64,000 nucleotides of DNA from Chlorobiota bacterium (GCA_016788565.1 JAEUSP010000101.1:3334-67333), one strand, 5' to 3'; shown: positions 29,105 to 40,500, counted from the first letter of the stretch. The notes: generated by a model from the sequence alone, not told the origin. Made by a program: numbers and translations.

Positions 29105-29473
29105 ATGTCAAGCAACATCAAACCACGTATAACAACAACGCTAACGAAGAGAACTATGCAATTCGCAATTCAACCACTGCCTAACGGTTCTTATACCACA
29201 GAACCCGGAGAGTTACTTCCACCTTTTGCCCGTCCGTATGATCGGTCATTGGGTGCAACACCGAAACAGCAATTTATTCGGGCTGAACTTCACCGCCGTG
29301 CAATGGAGCAAGAAGAGCAAGAGGAATTTCGTAAAGAAATCATCCATGACCGTTTCCGCGAGATGGACAGGCACTTTGGGCGTGCTATCATTTGGGGGAT
29401 GCTTTTCAATGCAATTCTGGTTGGTGTGATCGCATTGATCTTGGCGTTGCTTGGGGTTCACGCCCCATGGTGA
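29105..29473 (+). CDS. Hypothetical membrane-anchored protein
   Basis: C-terminal TM helix; the start may be the later Met. Confidence 0.55.
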   Translation: MSSNIKPRITTTLTKRTMQFAIQPLPNGSYTTEPGELLPPFARPYDRSLGATPKQQFIRAELHRRAMEQEEQEEFRKEIIHDRFREMDRHFGRAIIWGMLFNAILVGVIALILALLGVHAPW

Positions 29474-29605
29474 TGCACCACCACAAGCATCATGCTGGCA
29501 CAAGAGAGTAAAGACTGCAACCCAAAGTAGGTGCAGACATCCCCTATGCAATCGTGTGGGGCGCAATATCTACCAATAACCAATTCATGCAACAGGAGAC
29601 ACATC

Positions 29606-30697
29606 ATGGGCTTAGTACAAGAACGACCACAAGTGACATTTCTGAATGTCAATCTGGGAAAACTTCGGAACAAAAAGAAGGGGATTGAAGCACCGGGATA
29701 TGAGGGGATTATTACTGGCATCCAGTTGATAAAGAAAATAGACCTCGATGGAAGGGATAGGCAGGAATTACAGATACGGATGTCAGACCCAACCGACACA
29801 ACAAACCCCAACGTGATTATCAGTGGGTTGTTTGAAACTATCAATGGCGTAACTGTTTGGGCAAGGATGCTGATTGCCCGCTTATTAAAGGCGACACGCG
29901 AGGGAACGATTGGACAAGGATCACTGATTCAGCTTGGGGCATACACACCCAAGCAAGATTCAAAAGCCACCTGCATCAGTTTGCGAGTGCCTGGCGATGC
30001 TTCGCCAATTCGAGGCATTGAATTACCAACGGATGATGCACTATTAACGCGGGGAATCATCCGTGACGGGATTACTGAACTGGCAGCTATTTACGGTGAT
30101 CTTAGCAAGAATCTTCCAATTCATGCACATGGCGAAGATGGAGGATATGATGACAATGGGCATGAAGAGGAATATGAAGAGTATGATCCGGTTCTGAAGA
30201 ATCAATCAGCAGCCCCAGCAGTGGTAGCACCACAACAAATGGTAGGATCAACTTCGGCAGTTCAGCCGGCTGTTGCGCAACGTTCTGAGCCACAAGAAAC
30301 CGATACGGCATCTACTGAATTCCTGTATGGAGAATTTGAACGATGCGCGAAAAAAGCCTTTGGAGAATCATGGGAATCTGCTGCCGATGACTTTGTCATT
30401 GAGATATTCAAAGACCAGATATTGTTTGCAGCCAACATGACGCGGGAGCAATTGGTGGTGGCTTTAACAAAACTCCGAGAGGATTTGAAATTGCCGACAC
30501 TGGGTGACGCGGAAATGATTTGGAAAACAGCCCAACAAAGAAAATGGACAAGACCTGCATTTGACGGGCTGTTGGGACATTACGAATTGAAGAGTGAATA
30601 TGAAGTCCCGACCATAGCATTTCGGCAATTTATGGGAGATGTTCGGAACGTTGAAATTATGCAGGGCTTTTTGAAGGCAACGGCGAACGTCACCTAA
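29606..30697 (+). CDS. Hypothetical protein (possibly recombination or ssDNA-related)
   Basis: aggag RBS before ATG 29606; globular N-terminus, acidic linker, helical C-terminus. Function is speculative. Confidence 0.65.
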   Translation: MGLVQERPQVTFLNVNLGKLRNKKKGIEAPGYEGIITGIQLIKKIDLDGRDRQELQIRMSDPTDTTNPNVIISGLFETINGVTVWARMLIARLLKATREGTIGQGSLIQLGAYTPKQDSKATCISLRVPGDASPIRGIELPTDDALLTRGIIRDGITELAAIYGDLSKNLPIHAHGEDGGYDDNGHEEEYEEYDPVLKNQSAAPAVVAPQQMVGSTSAVQPAVAQRSEPQETDTASTEFLYGEFERCAKKAFGESWESAADDFVIEIFKDQILFAANMTREQLVVALTKLREDLKLPTLGDAEMIWKTAQQRKWTRPAFDGLLGHYELKSEYEVPTIAFRQFMGDVRNVEIMQGFLKATANVT

Positions 30698-30813
30698 GCG
30701 CCGAACAATATTTTTTGAGGTGCAGGAACAAGGGTCGGGCGAGAAAATCCACCACAGCAACACCGGGGATCGCCCGACCCATCCCCGGTTATCACACTAA
30801 ATAGGAAAACGCA

Positions 30814-31098
30814 ATGGCTACACTTGATAAGGATATTCAACGAACGTTGTATCGGGTTCCAGTTGGTTTTCAATTATTGGTATATGCTGAATCTTCGGAA
30901 TCAGCTACTGACGTAGCGGCTGAAGAGGCCGAAGCATTGGGGGAAAGAATCCACACCCATATATCTGTTGGAACCCCTATTGAAGTTTCATCATCGGGAC
31001 AAATCCCGACAGTTTGGAAAGATAAAATTCCTCTAACGGATGCCATTGACTTTTTAGAATTGACCTCCGAAGAATTGCTATCGAAGGAGAGAGAGTAG
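30814..31098 (+). CDS. Hypothetical protein
   Basis: 94-aa ORF with agga RBS. Confidence 0.6.
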   Translation: MATLDKDIQRTLYRVPVGFQLLVYAESSESATDVAAEEAEALGERIHTHISVGTPIEVSSSGQIPTVWKDKIPLTDAIDFLELTSEELLSKERE

Positions 31099-31446
31099 CA
31101 AGGGGTAGGAGTGCTTATGGCAAGGTCGTCCAATGATTGTGGTTCGATACCACACACTCCACAACAATCGCACACAACCAAGGGCAGAACAGACTGGTTC
31201 GGGAAGATCGTCAATTTCTAAATCTGATGATCGGACTCGTAAGGGGAGCACTGGGCGATAATGTTCATCCAGTCGTTATCGCAGCCCATGGACGTGGTTG
31301 CTGCCAAGCAAGAGCTGCTTGGCACAACAATAGACCGAATCAAGTGTAAGGGTGAACCAGCATTGCTCTATGCTCAACCAAGGGGCTTCTCTACGTCTCT
31401 TGCATTGATTGTTCCCCTCGTTCAGTCTTGATGAGGCCCCCGCAAA

Positions 31447-31950
31447 GTGTCCATAGATAGCCTCAGCGCATGGAAGCCGTCGGTGATGCGATTGTTGTTG
31501 GTTCGGTTGCTTGTTGCAATAGGGGATGTATTGGTTTTCCCTGATGTAGGTCGCTCCTACACCGAGCCGCAAAAAAGGAATCAAGCATCTATGGCACGAA
31601 TGATCTATAACCCATTGTTCAAGACGCGGATTGTCCAATGGGGGGCAGAAGAGTGGGGTGTTGAAGTGATACTCCGAGGTTGGTTCAAACGGTGGGAGGT
31701 TCTGCCAACCTTTGACGTGACGGAAATAGAAGATCGAATCCTTATTCAAGTTCTGGCACTGAAATTCCGAAGCATTTATAACGCCCATGCTTTGCGGAAT
31801 ACTATTGCCACCGAAGAATTATTCCATGAATATGTTGCTCGAGAAACGCTGCGGGTTCAACGCGAGATACAGCTGATACTTGGTGTTGAGCCAGCACCAT
31901 GCGAAGTGAGTAGCGATACGAGCGAGGATGAGATACAGAGATCATCTTAA
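31447..31950 (+). CDS. Hypothetical protein
   Basis: 167-aa ORF; start uncertain. Confidence 0.5.
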   Translation: MSIDSLSAWKPSVMRLLLVRLLVAIGDVLVFPDVGRSYTEPQKRNQASMARMIYNPLFKTRIVQWGAEEWGVEVILRGWFKRWEVLPTFDVTEIEDRILIQVLALKFRSIYNAHALRNTIATEELFHEYVARETLRVQREIQLILGVEPAPCEVSSDTSEDEIQRSS

Positions 31951-32014
31951 TCTCCAACCCAGGTAGGGTGAAGTCACATCCGGGGTCCATCATAGCATCA
32001 ACAAGGAAAAGCCA

Positions 32015-32311
32015 ATGAATTCTTGCAAACACACTCTCCATGAAGATATTCATCCGATTGAAGGTGAAACGGTTAGGACGATTGCTTGGTGTAACGATAC
32101 CAATGGGGATGTTGTACACTGGGAAGAATTCACGTTTGAGGGAATCACACTCTATCGGGTTTGGTGGGGATATTACACTGACAACATTCTTGTACGTCAT
32201 GGAATGATTCTGGCAGAGGTACAAGAAGCACGAAAACTCTACCATGAAATTGTGTTCCGAGGAGGGTGGCGAAATAATCCATTATACGATCCTACGGCAA
32301 GAGGGGTTTGA
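32015..32311 (+). CDS. Hypothetical protein
   Basis: 98-aa ORF with aagga RBS. Confidence 0.6.
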   Translation: MNSCKHTLHEDIHPIEGETVRTIAWCNDTNGDVVHWEEFTFEGITLYRVWWGYYTDNILVRHGMILAEVQEARKLYHEIVFRGGWRNNPLYDPTARGV

Positions 32312-32456
32312 GTCCTTTAACCAGCAAACGATTTTTCAACGCTGAAATGTTCCGGCTATGCTGTAACGCAGGCTGTAAGAGTTTATAGGGTTCGTTGCCC
32401 TCAGCGTTGCATGACACCACTGAATAGATAGGGGAACCAACCAATGAAACTATACC

Positions 32457-32750
32457 ATGAACATTGCAAAAATCAGCGAGCTTGTTGATAATCATTACGA
32501 GTTATTGGCGACGCTGAAAGAAATCGAAGATTTGATAGATGCTCCTAACCTTGTGCATACCAAGTTGGCTGGGGAGCTTCCAAATGGCAAGCGGATTGAA
32601 ATTGCGATTCTACCACAACTTGCCAGATTGATCCTCCATCACCAAGCTGAAATTCTCCGTTTGCAGTTGGAGCAAATCCCAGATAGCATTCGGCAGCAGA
32701 CAGCAAACACCACGCCGAGGTTAATAGCTGGGAGCATTAGTCCCGAATAA
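32457..32750 (+). CDS. Hypothetical protein
   Basis: 97-aa ORF. Confidence 0.6.
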   Translation: MNIAKISELVDNHYELLATLKEIEDLIDAPNLVHTKLAGELPNGKRIEIAILPQLARLILHHQAEILRLQLEQIPDSIRQQTANTTPRLIAGSISPE

Positions 32751-32783
32751 ACAGCCCTTGGAATCACTGCCCAAAACAATCCC

Positions 32784-33236
32784 ATGCAAGACGTACAAGA
32801 ACCAACGGAAAGCCACATTGTTCAAACGTATCTGCGGGGGCATTCAATCCGGCAGATAGCATCAACCATGGGTATAGCCCCATGGACAGTTAGGAGAATC
32901 CTTCAACAGCGGACTACACTTCGCTCACGCGGTGGAGCAAACCGGGTTCATAGAACGAAAGTATCGCTGACATACTCCATTGTTCTTCGTGTGAAGATTG
33001 ATAGAGCAACCTATGCTGATTTGTGTACAGAACTCCGGATTAGCCGAAAAACGATTAAACGATATTGGGATAGTGCTTACGGCAAAGCCGTTCGGGAATT
33101 TGTGTTCTGCGAGCGATTAGGCCAAAAGAAGAAAGAGGTAATCCAACGACTTCGATTAGAGCGAGTTCCTGATGCCGTCATCGCAAGGACAATCGGGGTA
33201 AGAATTAGCGATCTACGGAAAACTGATTTCCCATAG
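32784..33236 (+). CDS. Multi-HTH DNA-binding protein
   Basis: GHSIRQIASTMGIAPWTVRRIL plus further HTH-like segments; basic. Confidence 0.7.
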   Translation: MQDVQEPTESHIVQTYLRGHSIRQIASTMGIAPWTVRRILQQRTTLRSRGGANRVHRTKVSLTYSIVLRVKIDRATYADLCTELRISRKTIKRYWDSAYGKAVREFVFCERLGQKKKEVIQRLRLERVPDAVIARTIGVRISDLRKTDFP

Positions 33237-33268
33237 ATCACACACTTTCATTCAGGAGAAATAAAGCG

Positions 33269-34333
33269 ATGACCATTGATCTTTCAAATATAGAAGAGAT
33301 GGTTGCTGCTGGGTATGTCACCACACGGAAACATCCGGACAACGACCTAACTATCTACAACTATACTGGTAAAGCCCAACATGAACGGAATTGGAACAGC
33401 ATTACAAGATTGTGCCGTGGGTTAATCCTCAATGCAGAAGGGAGAGTTATTGCTCGTCCATTTGAGAAGTTTTTTGAGTACACCCAACTTGAACCCGGGC
33501 AAATACCGAATGAGCCGTTTGAGGTGTATGAAAAGTTAGATGGATCATTAGGCATTCTCTACAAGTATGAAGGGAAAATTGCCATAGCAACTCGTGGTTC
33601 ATTCGATAGTGTTGGGGCAAGGAAAGGGACGGAGTGGATCACATTTGATCCTTCCATGTATTCCCGTCTATTGGAGCGAGTTCCTGATGATGTTACTCTG
33701 CTCTTTGAGATGATAGGAGGGCATCGAATTGTCCTTGATTATGGGCAGCAACAACGATTGGTTTTATTAGCAGCCATTGATAACGCAACGGGCAAAGATT
33801 TGCCATTACCAGATATTGGCATTGAACGAATAATCCGATATGAAGGGATGACAACCATTGATGAAGTATTGAGACATCCTTTTATTACCAATACCAAGTA
33901 TGAATTTCTGAAGGAAGGATTTGTTGTGAGATTCAATAGTGGTCTTCGGATTAAGGTGAAGAACCCAGAGTATCAGCGACTCCATACATTGATGACAGGA
34001 ACGACTTCCCGCACGATATGGGAGCGTGGTAGGTCAGCAAAGTACCAAGAATCGCTTTTGGAAAACGTGCCGCCAGATTTTTCAGCATGGGTAAAAGGCC
34101 AGTTGAAAACATTAAAACAAGAGTATGCGCATCATTGGCAGAAGTATTTTTCACTCTTCGACGATATTCTTGAACGAAGAGACGGTGAAAGCCCTATTCG
34201 CACTTCTGCGGACATTATCCCTTTGCTAAAGCATCACCCTAAGAGTAGAATCCTATTTCGTATGCGTGACATCCACGAAGCGATCTGGGAAGAAATCAAA
34301 CCAGAAGACGCAACATTCTCCGATATTCACTAA
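33269..34333 (+). CDS. T4 Rnl1-family RNA ligase
   Basis: CRGLIL..ARPFEKFF, motif I EKLDGSLG, ATRGSF, EGFVVRF, RIKVK. Confidence 0.9.
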   Translation: MTIDLSNIEEMVAAGYVTTRKHPDNDLTIYNYTGKAQHERNWNSITRLCRGLILNAEGRVIARPFEKFFEYTQLEPGQIPNEPFEVYEKLDGSLGILYKYEGKIAIATRGSFDSVGARKGTEWITFDPSMYSRLLERVPDDVTLLFEMIGGHRIVLDYGQQQRLVLLAAIDNATGKDLPLPDIGIERIIRYEGMTTIDEVLRHPFITNTKYEFLKEGFVVRFNSGLRIKVKNPEYQRLHTLMTGTTSRTIWERGRSAKYQESLLENVPPDFSAWVKGQLKTLKQEYAHHWQKYFSLFDDILERRDGESPIRTSADIIPLLKHHPKSRILFRMRDIHEAIWEEIKPEDATFSDIH

Positions 34334-34349
34334 CTACAGAGTGTAGAAA

Positions 34350-34757
34350 ATGGGAACGCTATTCACGTTAGGTTATGATGAATGGGATATTGAAGAGATT
34401 GAAGCAGCAAGGATAGAGTGCGATGCTGGGATCATGGATATTCGATGGAGGCAATTCTCCCCAAGGAGAGAGTTCCAACTGGAAGAACTGTTGAAACGGT
34501 GGGAAGGGAATTATCTGGAAGTTCCCCAACTTGGGAATACGGCAATTTCTGGTGATCCTCGTATCTGTGACCTTGAAAAGGGGATGAAGATATTAGGGCA
34601 ATTCCTCCCAACCAACAACGTGATCCTTTTATGCCGCTGCGCATCACTGGAGCAATGCCACAGAGGAATGATTGCAGAGGAAGCAAGGCAGCGATTCGGT
34701 TGTGAAGTTATTCATCTTTCTCCACCAAAAACAGTCACACCACCAACCTTCCAATAA
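34350..34757 (+). CDS. DUF488 family protein
   Basis: LFTLGY, DIR, LGN, LLC..CHR motifs. Confidence 0.75.
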   Translation: MGTLFTLGYDEWDIEEIEAARIECDAGIMDIRWRQFSPRREFQLEELLKRWEGNYLEVPQLGNTAISGDPRICDLEKGMKILGQFLPTNNVILLCRCASLEQCHRGMIAEEARQRFGCEVIHLSPPKTVTPPTFQ

Positions 34758-34762
34758 GAATT

Positions 34763-34951
34763 ATGGTTGTTATCCGTACATACAAGACGCTACTGCTTCC
34801 TAACGAAGAGCAACTACAACAACTCCAGACAATAGCACATGGAGTGAAACTTGTGTGGAATTGGGCCCTTGCTGAACGGATTAGAGCATATCAGCTGAAA
34901 GGGGAAACGATTTGGCAGGAGAAAACGCCGGTTTGCCTGTATCAATCCTGA
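34763..34951 (+). pseudogene. Truncated TnpB N-terminal (IS605 OrfB HTH) fragment
   Basis: RTYKTLLLPNEEQ...VKLVWNWALAERIRAY parallels the N-terminus of ORF 22056; stops after 62 aa. Confidence 0.7.
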
Positions 34952-35246
34952 CTGCAAGCACGTAGAATTGCGTGAGAGGAACTCCGCAAAGAATGTCAGG
35001 GATTTTAGTGATCCGCAAACGGATTAAGAATCAACCCCAGGCAGGGTGAAGTCACATCCGAACCTGCCTATGGCAGTGAAAGCCCTTTGGCCGGGCGATT
35101 AAAAGTGGAAGTCAATAAGATAGCATCACACCCATCATATGCGAAATACACCATCAACATCAAACAATACGATTGCATTGCGGAGAGCTTCCTATCTTTC
35201 CAATACAACGCCAAGTATCACTGGGAAGTCCTCACGCAAGAACGAT

Positions 35247-35564
35247 ATGCCGACATTACACAACAAGCAAGGGAAAGTACTGCTCCGAACCGAGATTATC
35301 ACTCGGGAATCGCTCATGCGGGTTTGCCAGCTGATTATTGCTTCTTCTGGTGAAAGCCAACGGGCATGGGCAGCAAAGGTTGATGTTTCAGAGCAAACGC
35401 TCTCGAATGCTATTAACCATGCAGCACCAGCCAAAGATTACGTCCGGGAGCGGATCATCAGCCACCCCGTGTTTGGCCTTAGAGAACATCTGGTAAAAAC
35501 GGCCAGATACATCATTGCCGATGAAGGTGAGAGTATGAACGGAAAGGAAGCAAGCAAAGAATGA
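35247..35564 (+). CDS. XRE-like HTH protein
   Basis: SGESQRAWAAKVDVSEQTLSNAIN; likely start MPTLH. Confidence 0.7.
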   Translation: MPTLHNKQGKVLLRTEIITRESLMRVCQLIIASSGESQRAWAAKVDVSEQTLSNAINHAAPAKDYVRERIISHPVFGLREHLVKTARYIIADEGESMNGKEASKE

Positions 35565-36519
35565 CAGAAGAGATAATCCCCCAGAAGCTATCCAGGTAGG
35601 GTGAAGTCACATCCGAACCTGTCTATGGCGGCGGTAAGCGCATAGGAAGAAACGCCCATGGGGAGGCAAAGGTGCATGTCTAACATTGGAAGCAATGGTG
35701 GCACAGGTGAAGAGGTGAGTCTGAGTTATTGACAACAATAGCAGGGACAGGGGACCACCTACGTAGCACTGTAACAGGTGTGAGGTTTGGCGGCCAGTCG
35801 CAAGTAGAACGGTGGGACATCAACACCTCCTGCTGCGCAGGTGTGATTGACGGCCCACGTCACTGCGATTGAGAAAGATAGTGCTGCAAGGTGAGAAAGA
35901 CAGACGGTCGGAATTCAGCATCGAGACACAATTGTCCCGATGTACAGGGTTATAGATCAAGTCAAACGATAAGGTGGTGATAGCGGGGATTATGACACCA
36001 GACAAGGCTCGTATAGCACCAGTCAGAATCCTTATCATACACAAGATGGGCATAACATGAGGATGGATGCTACCGAGTAACCCCAGAATCAGACGGATAT
36101 TCGATTGATATTCGATTAGAGGGAAGTGGGGGTAGAAATTGGCGAATTTTCTACAAAAACGTAGGCCGCGAACATACAGGAAGAATGGTGAATGTCGAAT
36201 GCCGAATGTCGAATGTCGAATGCCGAATTGGATTTTGCGACTGACCGCTGACAATACTGAAGAGAAGCCACCGCGAACGCAGCCCTCCGCTCATGCTGAG
36301 CCCCGTCGAAGTATGAGTGGAGCCACCGAACCGAGAAGCACCGTCATCGCGAGGAGCGTTGAGCGACGTGGCGATCCCACGGGTGGCAGTGTATCCGATG
36401 CTTGCACAGAAACCCGCGAGATGGGCTATCGCCGCTGCTTCGCGGTGCTTCGTCGAAGATTCCTCGCGATGACGGGGCGATGACGGTGATGTGAGTTTCG
36501 CAGAAATCCTCTTCCCCCT

Positions 36520-37230
36520 TCACGAAAACAACCTCCGCAGCAGCTTCCGTTTTGCTACCGGAAGCATTGTCTCGGCAAACGGGAAGTCTAAATCGGTTTG
36601 GAAAATGTAGGTGGCCGGGTTCGGAAGCGAGCGGTTCTCGGCAATCAGCAGCATCTTCAGCGATGCCGCCGTCATTCCAAGCTCACTCAGCGAAACGGTT
36701 TTGATGGAGGTCGTCCGCAGATTGCGGTAGCGTTGGTTGTTGCTGGTGAATATGCTCACCTCATATTGAATCACGTGCAGCACCCCTCGCTGTAATTCAG
36801 GAACCAGCAGGTATCCTTCTTCAACGTAGGAAGGGAGCAGCCCAACGTGATCGAGCGTGAGGTGGTCGTCCACAAAATTGAAGATCGTTTGCCCTTCCTC
36901 GATTGCCCGCTGCATCAGCGGCATTGCCCATCGGATCAGCTCCTCCACCGCCATCAAGTCATCGTTGCTGAACGCTTCGTTCTGGTAGATCACCCGCTGC
37001 GATTGCAGATCAAGCCCGGTAATCCGCCCGGGAAGCTGGTCGCGAAGGTTACTGCTGTTGTCGGTGATTGCCCGGAGCGTTGCGTACAACTCCATCAACT
37101 CCGAAAGGGTTGGATAGATGCGGTTGTGGGTGAACTCCTGCCGAACATGGCGAAGTCCGTCCAAGATGCGGTAGCGGCTGGCCTCGAAATCCCTGCCAGC
37201 AGAAAGGAAGGTTTGTAGTGTGAGCGACAT
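36520..37230 (-). CDS. Hypothetical protein (first host gene)
   Basis: 236-aa ORF with host-like GC-rich composition. Confidence 0.75.
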   Translation of the reverse strand: MSLTLQTFLSAGRDFEASRYRILDGLRHVRQEFTHNRIYPTLSELMELYATLRAITDNSSNLRDQLPGRITGLDLQSQRVIYQNEAFSNDDLMAVEELIRWAMPLMQRAIEEGQTIFNFVDDHLTLDHVGLLPSYVEEGYLLVPELQRGVLHVIQYEVSIFTSNNQRYRNLRTTSIKTVSLSELGMTAASLKMLLIAENRSLPNPATYIFQTDLDFPFAETMLPVAKRKLLRRLFS

Positions 37231-37337
37231 AGCTGCCTCTCGGTAGAATCTCCGTGGAAGTAGTTGAACCGTCCGTAAAAATTATACGAAAGAAGCACCC
37301 CGCAACGCAAGTCCCCCGCGCCGCTTTTTTTTCGTTG

Positions 37338-37474
37338 GAATGCCGAATGCCGAATGCCGAATGCCAAATGCCGAATGCCGAATGCCGAATGCCGAATGCC
37401 AAATGCCGAATGCCAAATGCCGAATTGCTTCTTCCAACTGACCACTGACCACTGACTAATGACTAATGACTAAT
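37338..37474. repeat. Heptamer microsatellites (GAATGCC)n and (GACTAAT/GACCACT)n
   Basis: About 12 tandem heptamers; similar tracts at ~36190, 43022, 47221-47290, 47430-47465, 56206-56270. Confidence 0.9.
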
Positions 37475-37583
37475 AACCACCCCCCGATTCCCCCACTGTG
37501 AGTGTTCTGTGAGTTCCCTTTCCCAGCTTTACCGCCACACAACGTTCCATTCACCAACAGAAAGGGAGAGTAGAGAGAACACT

Positions 37584-40500
37584 ATGAAATCGCTACGATT
37601 GCTGCTTGCGCTGTGGGCTATCGCGCTGGCAGGGCTTACCACCAACGTGCTGGCTTCCGGGCTTACTCCGGTTGCCGGGCATCCCAGAATCTTGCTGACC
37701 TCGGCGGTGAAAACCACATTGGTCGCGAAGAAAAACAGCAACGACCCAACATGGCTTGCGCTGAAATCAAAAGCCGACGCGCTGCTGAACCAAACCATCG
37801 TCCAGTTTAAGTACAACACCTACTCCAACTGGTACTCCAACTCCATCTACTTCGAAAGCAACGGCTCAGGCTGGATGCACGCGGCGTTCACGCTTGGGCT
37901 TGCGTGGCAGGTTAGTGGCGACACCAACTACGCCAACAAGGCGGTTGCGTTGGCCGATGAAATCATCCGCGCCGATGCCGACCCCGACAACCAGGGGCTT
38001 GGCAAATCCCCCATCACGCTCGATCGCTCCTACACCTCGCGCCATCTGGGCCCGGCCGTGGCGGTGCTGTACGATTGGTGCTATGCTCGCCTTGATTCTT
38101 CTCGGAAGGCAAAGCTGCGTGCTGTGATGGTCAAGTGGTTCAACCACCTTCGGAACGGCTCGGCCTCAAGCGATGTCTATCAGAAAAACGGCCCGGCAAC
38201 GGGGGCCTGGTTCGGCTCGCACATGATCTGCGCCGCGTGGATGGGCTATGGGATCAGCGGCGACGACACCGCCGCTCAACGGATGATTGACTGGGCGCGC
38301 GCCCGATTCGATGGCACGCAATCGGCAACCCTTTCCGCCAGCGATTACCCCGCCACCCACCGGATGCAAGGCTTTACCGGAGGAATCAAATCGTGGTTCG
38401 GTTCGCGGTGGGGCGTGCCTTCAACGGTGCAAGGGGCTACCGGCGCGCCGATGAAAGGGGGGATGTTCCCGCAAGGCTGGTGGTACGGCAACGCCGAATT
38501 TGGCCGAATGGTGGATTACATGATGGTGGTGAAATCAGCAACCAATGAGGACCTGGTTGGCAATTACCAGAGCTACCTTGCGGACATTTTTGCGGCGCAC
38601 CGCCACGCCACCTTGCCTGGCAACCTGCTGATTGACCCCAACGGCGAGTGGCGCGGAAGTCAGGGGGCCGTTGTGGAGCGTGGGCTTCCGGCACGGCTGG
38701 CCACCGCGCTTGCTGGGGTGGCAAACATCGGCGCGGCTGCGGCGCATTTTGCTTGGAGCGAAATCCCCTCACCCGCCAACTCCGTTTCCGGCGTTAGCGT
38801 TGCTGCGTTGCAACCCTGGGAAGATTTTCTGTACCGCAACACCTCGGCTACCGGCTCAACCGTTGCGCTCCCCCTTTGCTACACTGGCTTTGCGCCAAAC
38901 TATCCGGCGGCAGCGGCGGGGAACGGGGCAATCCCGTATTTCACCATGCGTTCTTCGTGGGGGGGCAATGCCGTCTGGGCAAGCGTGAATATGGGGGCGC
39001 AGGTGTATGATGAGTTCATGCACTACCAAGCTGGGCATATCGAAGTGGCAAAAGGGAATCACCGTTTGCTGATTAGCCCAACAACCTGGAAAGGGGACTC
39101 GTCGGGGCTGGGCGTTACCAGTTTGGGGCCGGTGATTAGCGACCACTCCGGCGCGAAAAACACACTCTATTTCGGTGACTTCGGCGACTACCAATCCACA
39201 AGCTCCACCCGCGTTGGTGGCCAGGGGCCGCACGGCAAGGATAAAGTTGTGGCCCAGGAGATGAACCCCAGCTACAGCTACATCAGTGCCGACCTTTCCA
39301 CCGCGTACAACAACATGGATTGGCCACGCTCGGTTGGCGACACCACCAACCGGAAGCTCGATTACTTCTACCGAAACTTCGTCTATCTGCGCCCGGCTAA
39401 CCTGTTTGTGGTGTATGACCGCGTAAAAGCGTTTGCCAGCAGCAACGCCAACGGCGCGTACAAAAAACGGCTGCGCTGGCATTTCCCAACGCAGCCGCTT
39501 GTCAGTGGAAGCAGCATCAGGGTAGATAACAGCGATGCCCGTTTGTGGCTGCAGACGTTGCTTCCGGCAAACCCAACCATCACCACCAGCAGCTTGGTGA
39601 GCAACCCCGATAACACATGGGGAGCGTGGCTGAACTACCTGTTCGCCAGCAAAAGCTACCGCGCCGAAGTGAGCAACGCCGCCAACCCGCTGCAACAACC
39701 ATTCCTGACGGTGATGCAGGCGGGAACCACCTCACTTTCGGAACCAACGTCCGCGCTCTTCTACACCACCGACTCGCTGATGATTGGAACCACCATCGAA
39801 GCCGCCAACGGGAACGAGTACGTGGTGCTGTTCAACAATCGCACGGGGCAAGTTCCCCAAGCCATCACGTGGACCAGCTACTATCTGCCAAGCTCCATCA
39901 ACGCAACGCACACCGTGTGCGGGCTTGAGCCAAACACTGCCTACACCCTTGATCTGCAAGGAAGCCTTCTGGTGATTGCAAAAGACCCCGCCGGGGGGCA
40001 TGTATCCACCCCGGCTGGTGTGTTGCAGTTCACCCCGCCCGGTGGAACACCGCAAGTGGATGGAAACGACGATGGAGATGATGAAGGCAACGGCGGAAAT
40101 AATGGAGGTGGAGACAATGGAGGTGGAGACAACGGCGGTGGGAACAACGGCGGAGGTGGCGACAATGGAGGTGGCGGAGACAACGGCGGTGGAAACAACG
40201 GCGGTGGAAACAACGGCGGCGCAATCATTGCTGGCCACCCGCGACTGCTGCTGACCCCGGCAATCAAAACCACACTGCTTGCGAAGGTGCAGGCCAACGA
40301 CCCAACCTGGACCGCGCTGAAAACCCGTGCCGATATTCTTCTGACCTATCCGATCACCCAGTACAAAACCGCAACCGCCTACAACTGGTTTGCCAACACC
40401 ATTTTCTACGGCTACCAGGGTGAGGGGTGGTACAGCGATGTGATACCGCTGGCGTTCGCCTGGCAGATGACCGGCGACACCAACTACTGCAACAAGCTGC

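Larger units (their letters stand above)
31959..35629 (+). repeat. Dispersed 24-38 bp element x3 (31959-31982, 35037-35074, 35592-35629)
   Basis: ccaggYagggtgaagtcacatccg core, extended by aacctgYctatggc in two copies; all intergenic. Confidence 0.85.
1..35630. mobile_element. Prophage / integrated phage arm (tail module, holin, early region)
   Basis: Tape measure, tail fibres, BppU-like protein, holin, DUF932, Cro-like HTHs, RNA ligase and many short hypothetical ORFs. Visibly lower GC than the host side and lacks the host REP/heptamer repeats that begin at ~36190. Left end is outside the window; right end is approximate. Confidence 0.85.

Noticed and set aside
32337-32409. Functional tRNA gene
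   Set aside because: No U8, D arm or correctly placed anticodon arm; kept only as a tRNA-like fold.
40070-40225. GGN-rich nucleotide repeat
   Set aside because: Explained by the Gly/Asn/Asp linker of the T9SS protein.
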